Assembly: GCA_031372765.1 (NCBI GenBank)
Contig: JANMLW010000064.1
Location: 1 to 55,130 of the forward strand
Length of the DNA stretch: 55,130 bases
Direction of reading: 5' to 3'
Origin: Hyphomicrobiales bacterium
Lineage (GTDB): Bacteria; Pseudomonadota; Alphaproteobacteria; Rhizobiales; Beijerinckiaceae
The translations under genes and the position numbers were made by a program. Below the pieces are notes generated by a model. That model saw nothing but the letters and a program-made list of their open reading frames with translations. It was not told where the DNA came from and did not search any database. The stretch's first letter is position 1. Every line of letters starts with the position of its first letter. Below are positions 54,372 through 55,130 of the stretch, one piece after another.

Positions 54372-55130
54372 ATGTCTGACAACGCCCTTCATATCGCCAA
54401 CAAGCTGTTCGTGCAGAAGGCGCTTTCTGCGGTTGCCGAGTCGACGCCGGGCAACTTGCGCAAACACCTGGAGATGGCCTATCACCCCCAAACACAGTGG
54501 CGTGGCTCTCATCCGCTGAACGAGATGCAGGGCATCGACGCGGTCGAGGCCACGGTCTGGAAACCGCTCCTGCAGTCCTTTCCCGACCTTGAGAGACGCG
54601 ACAATATCCTGATCGCTGGACACTCTTACGGAACCGATATTGTCGGAGCCGTTGGCCACTACTGTGGTACCTTCCGCCACGACTGGTTGACAATTCCTGC
54701 GACCGGCAGGCCGATCTATATCCGCTACGGCGAATTTCACGTCATGAGCGAAGGCAGGATTGCGCAAAGCACCGTGTTGATCGATGTGCTGGATGTGATC
54801 CGTCAGGCCGGGTTCTGGCCCATCGCTCCCAGCATGGGCACGGAGGAGCAATGGCCGGGACCGCTGACGGCAGACGGCATCGTGCTGACGCCGCAGGATG
54901 CGAGCCTGTCAGCCCGTAGCATTGCCCAGACACTGGCCATGCACAAGACATTGGGTGACTATAACGACGAAGCCAGGGGCGGTCGTGACGGACTGCTCGC
55001 CATGCCGCAAAAGGCTCACTGGCACCCAAAAATGATGTGGTACGGCCCGGCGGGTATTGGCACCACACGCGGCTTGCAGGGTTTTGTCGATTACCATCAA
55101 TTGCCGTTTCGGCTTGCCTTTCCCAACCGC
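54372..55130 (+). CDS. SnoaL/NTF2-like (ester cyclase-like) protein, N-terminal 253 codons (3' end lies outside the window)
   Basis: I translated this by hand. An in-frame TAA lies at 54348-54350, the first ATG is at 54372, and there is no stop before the window end. The product contains FPDLERRDNILIAGHSYGTDIVGAVGHYCGTFRHDWLTIPATGRPIYIRYGEFHVMSEGRIAQSTVLIDVLDVIRQAG. The supplied ORF track does not list it. Confidence 0.6.
   Translation, partial: MSDNALHIANKLFVQKALSAVAESTPGNLRKHLEMAYHPQTQWRGSHPLNEMQGIDAVEATVWKPLLQSFPDLERRDNILIAGHSYGTDIVGAVGHYCGTFRHDWLTIPATGRPIYIRYGEFHVMSEGRIAQSTVLIDVLDVIRQAGFWPIAPSMGTEEQWPGPLTADGIVLTPQDASLSARSIAQTLAMHKTLGDYNDEARGGRDGLLAMPQKAHWHPKMMWYGPAGIGTTRGLQGFVDYHQLPFRLAFPNR

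Noticed and set aside
54258-55100. Minus-strand ORFs (197, 124, 108 and 63 aa) at the right edge of the window
   Set aside because: The plus frame from 54372 is open to the window end and encodes a SnoaL-like protein similar in type to the 48532-49506 product. The minus-strand ORFs are its shadows.
1-55130. Search for tRNA, rRNA, transposase, integrase or prophage genes
   Set aside because: By eye I recognised no T-arm or anticodon-arm-like cloverleaf candidates, no rRNA-like conserved stretches, and no ORF with DDE, tyrosine-recombinase or serine-recombinase motifs. tRNAscan, Infernal and ISfinder runs would be needed for certainty.

Overview
This 55 kb window is chromosomal DNA from a high-GC alphaproteobacterium, probably Rhizobiales/Hyphomicrobiales-like. 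I base that on a DivL homologue, the chvG-hprK-EIIA(Man)-HPr cluster, a CtrA box with GANTC sites upstream of dnaA, and the lpxK-waaA-DUF374 block. Coding density is high. Core genes include lysC, ubiG, ygfZ, pyrC, dnaA, divL, a tsaE-kinase fusion, lpxK, waaA and smc. They are interleaved with four ABC uptake systems: one Dpp-like system without a binding protein, two CUT1-type sugar systems and one Liv-type system. I saw no rRNA, tRNA, CRISPR array, transposase or integrase. Six things deserve a second look. (1) A low-GC islet of about 0.8 kb downstream of lysC carries an unrecognised 194-aa ORF with a PD-(D/E)xK-like motif, next to an orphan HigA antitoxin and a REP-like/G4 element. (2) chvG lacks an adjacent chvI, and its 5' end overlaps an SDR gene. 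(3) A eukaryote-type cytochrome b561 gene is translationally coupled to an SMP-30 lactonase gene at the end of a sugar ABC operon. (4) An Xre(ParS/MbcA)-RES toxin-antitoxin pair abuts smc with overlapping stop codons. (5) Paralogous tandem SnoaL-like proteins flank an atypical sugar ABC system. (6) Short tandem duplications sit at permease gene junctions. All functional calls rest on motif recognition by eye, with no database search.
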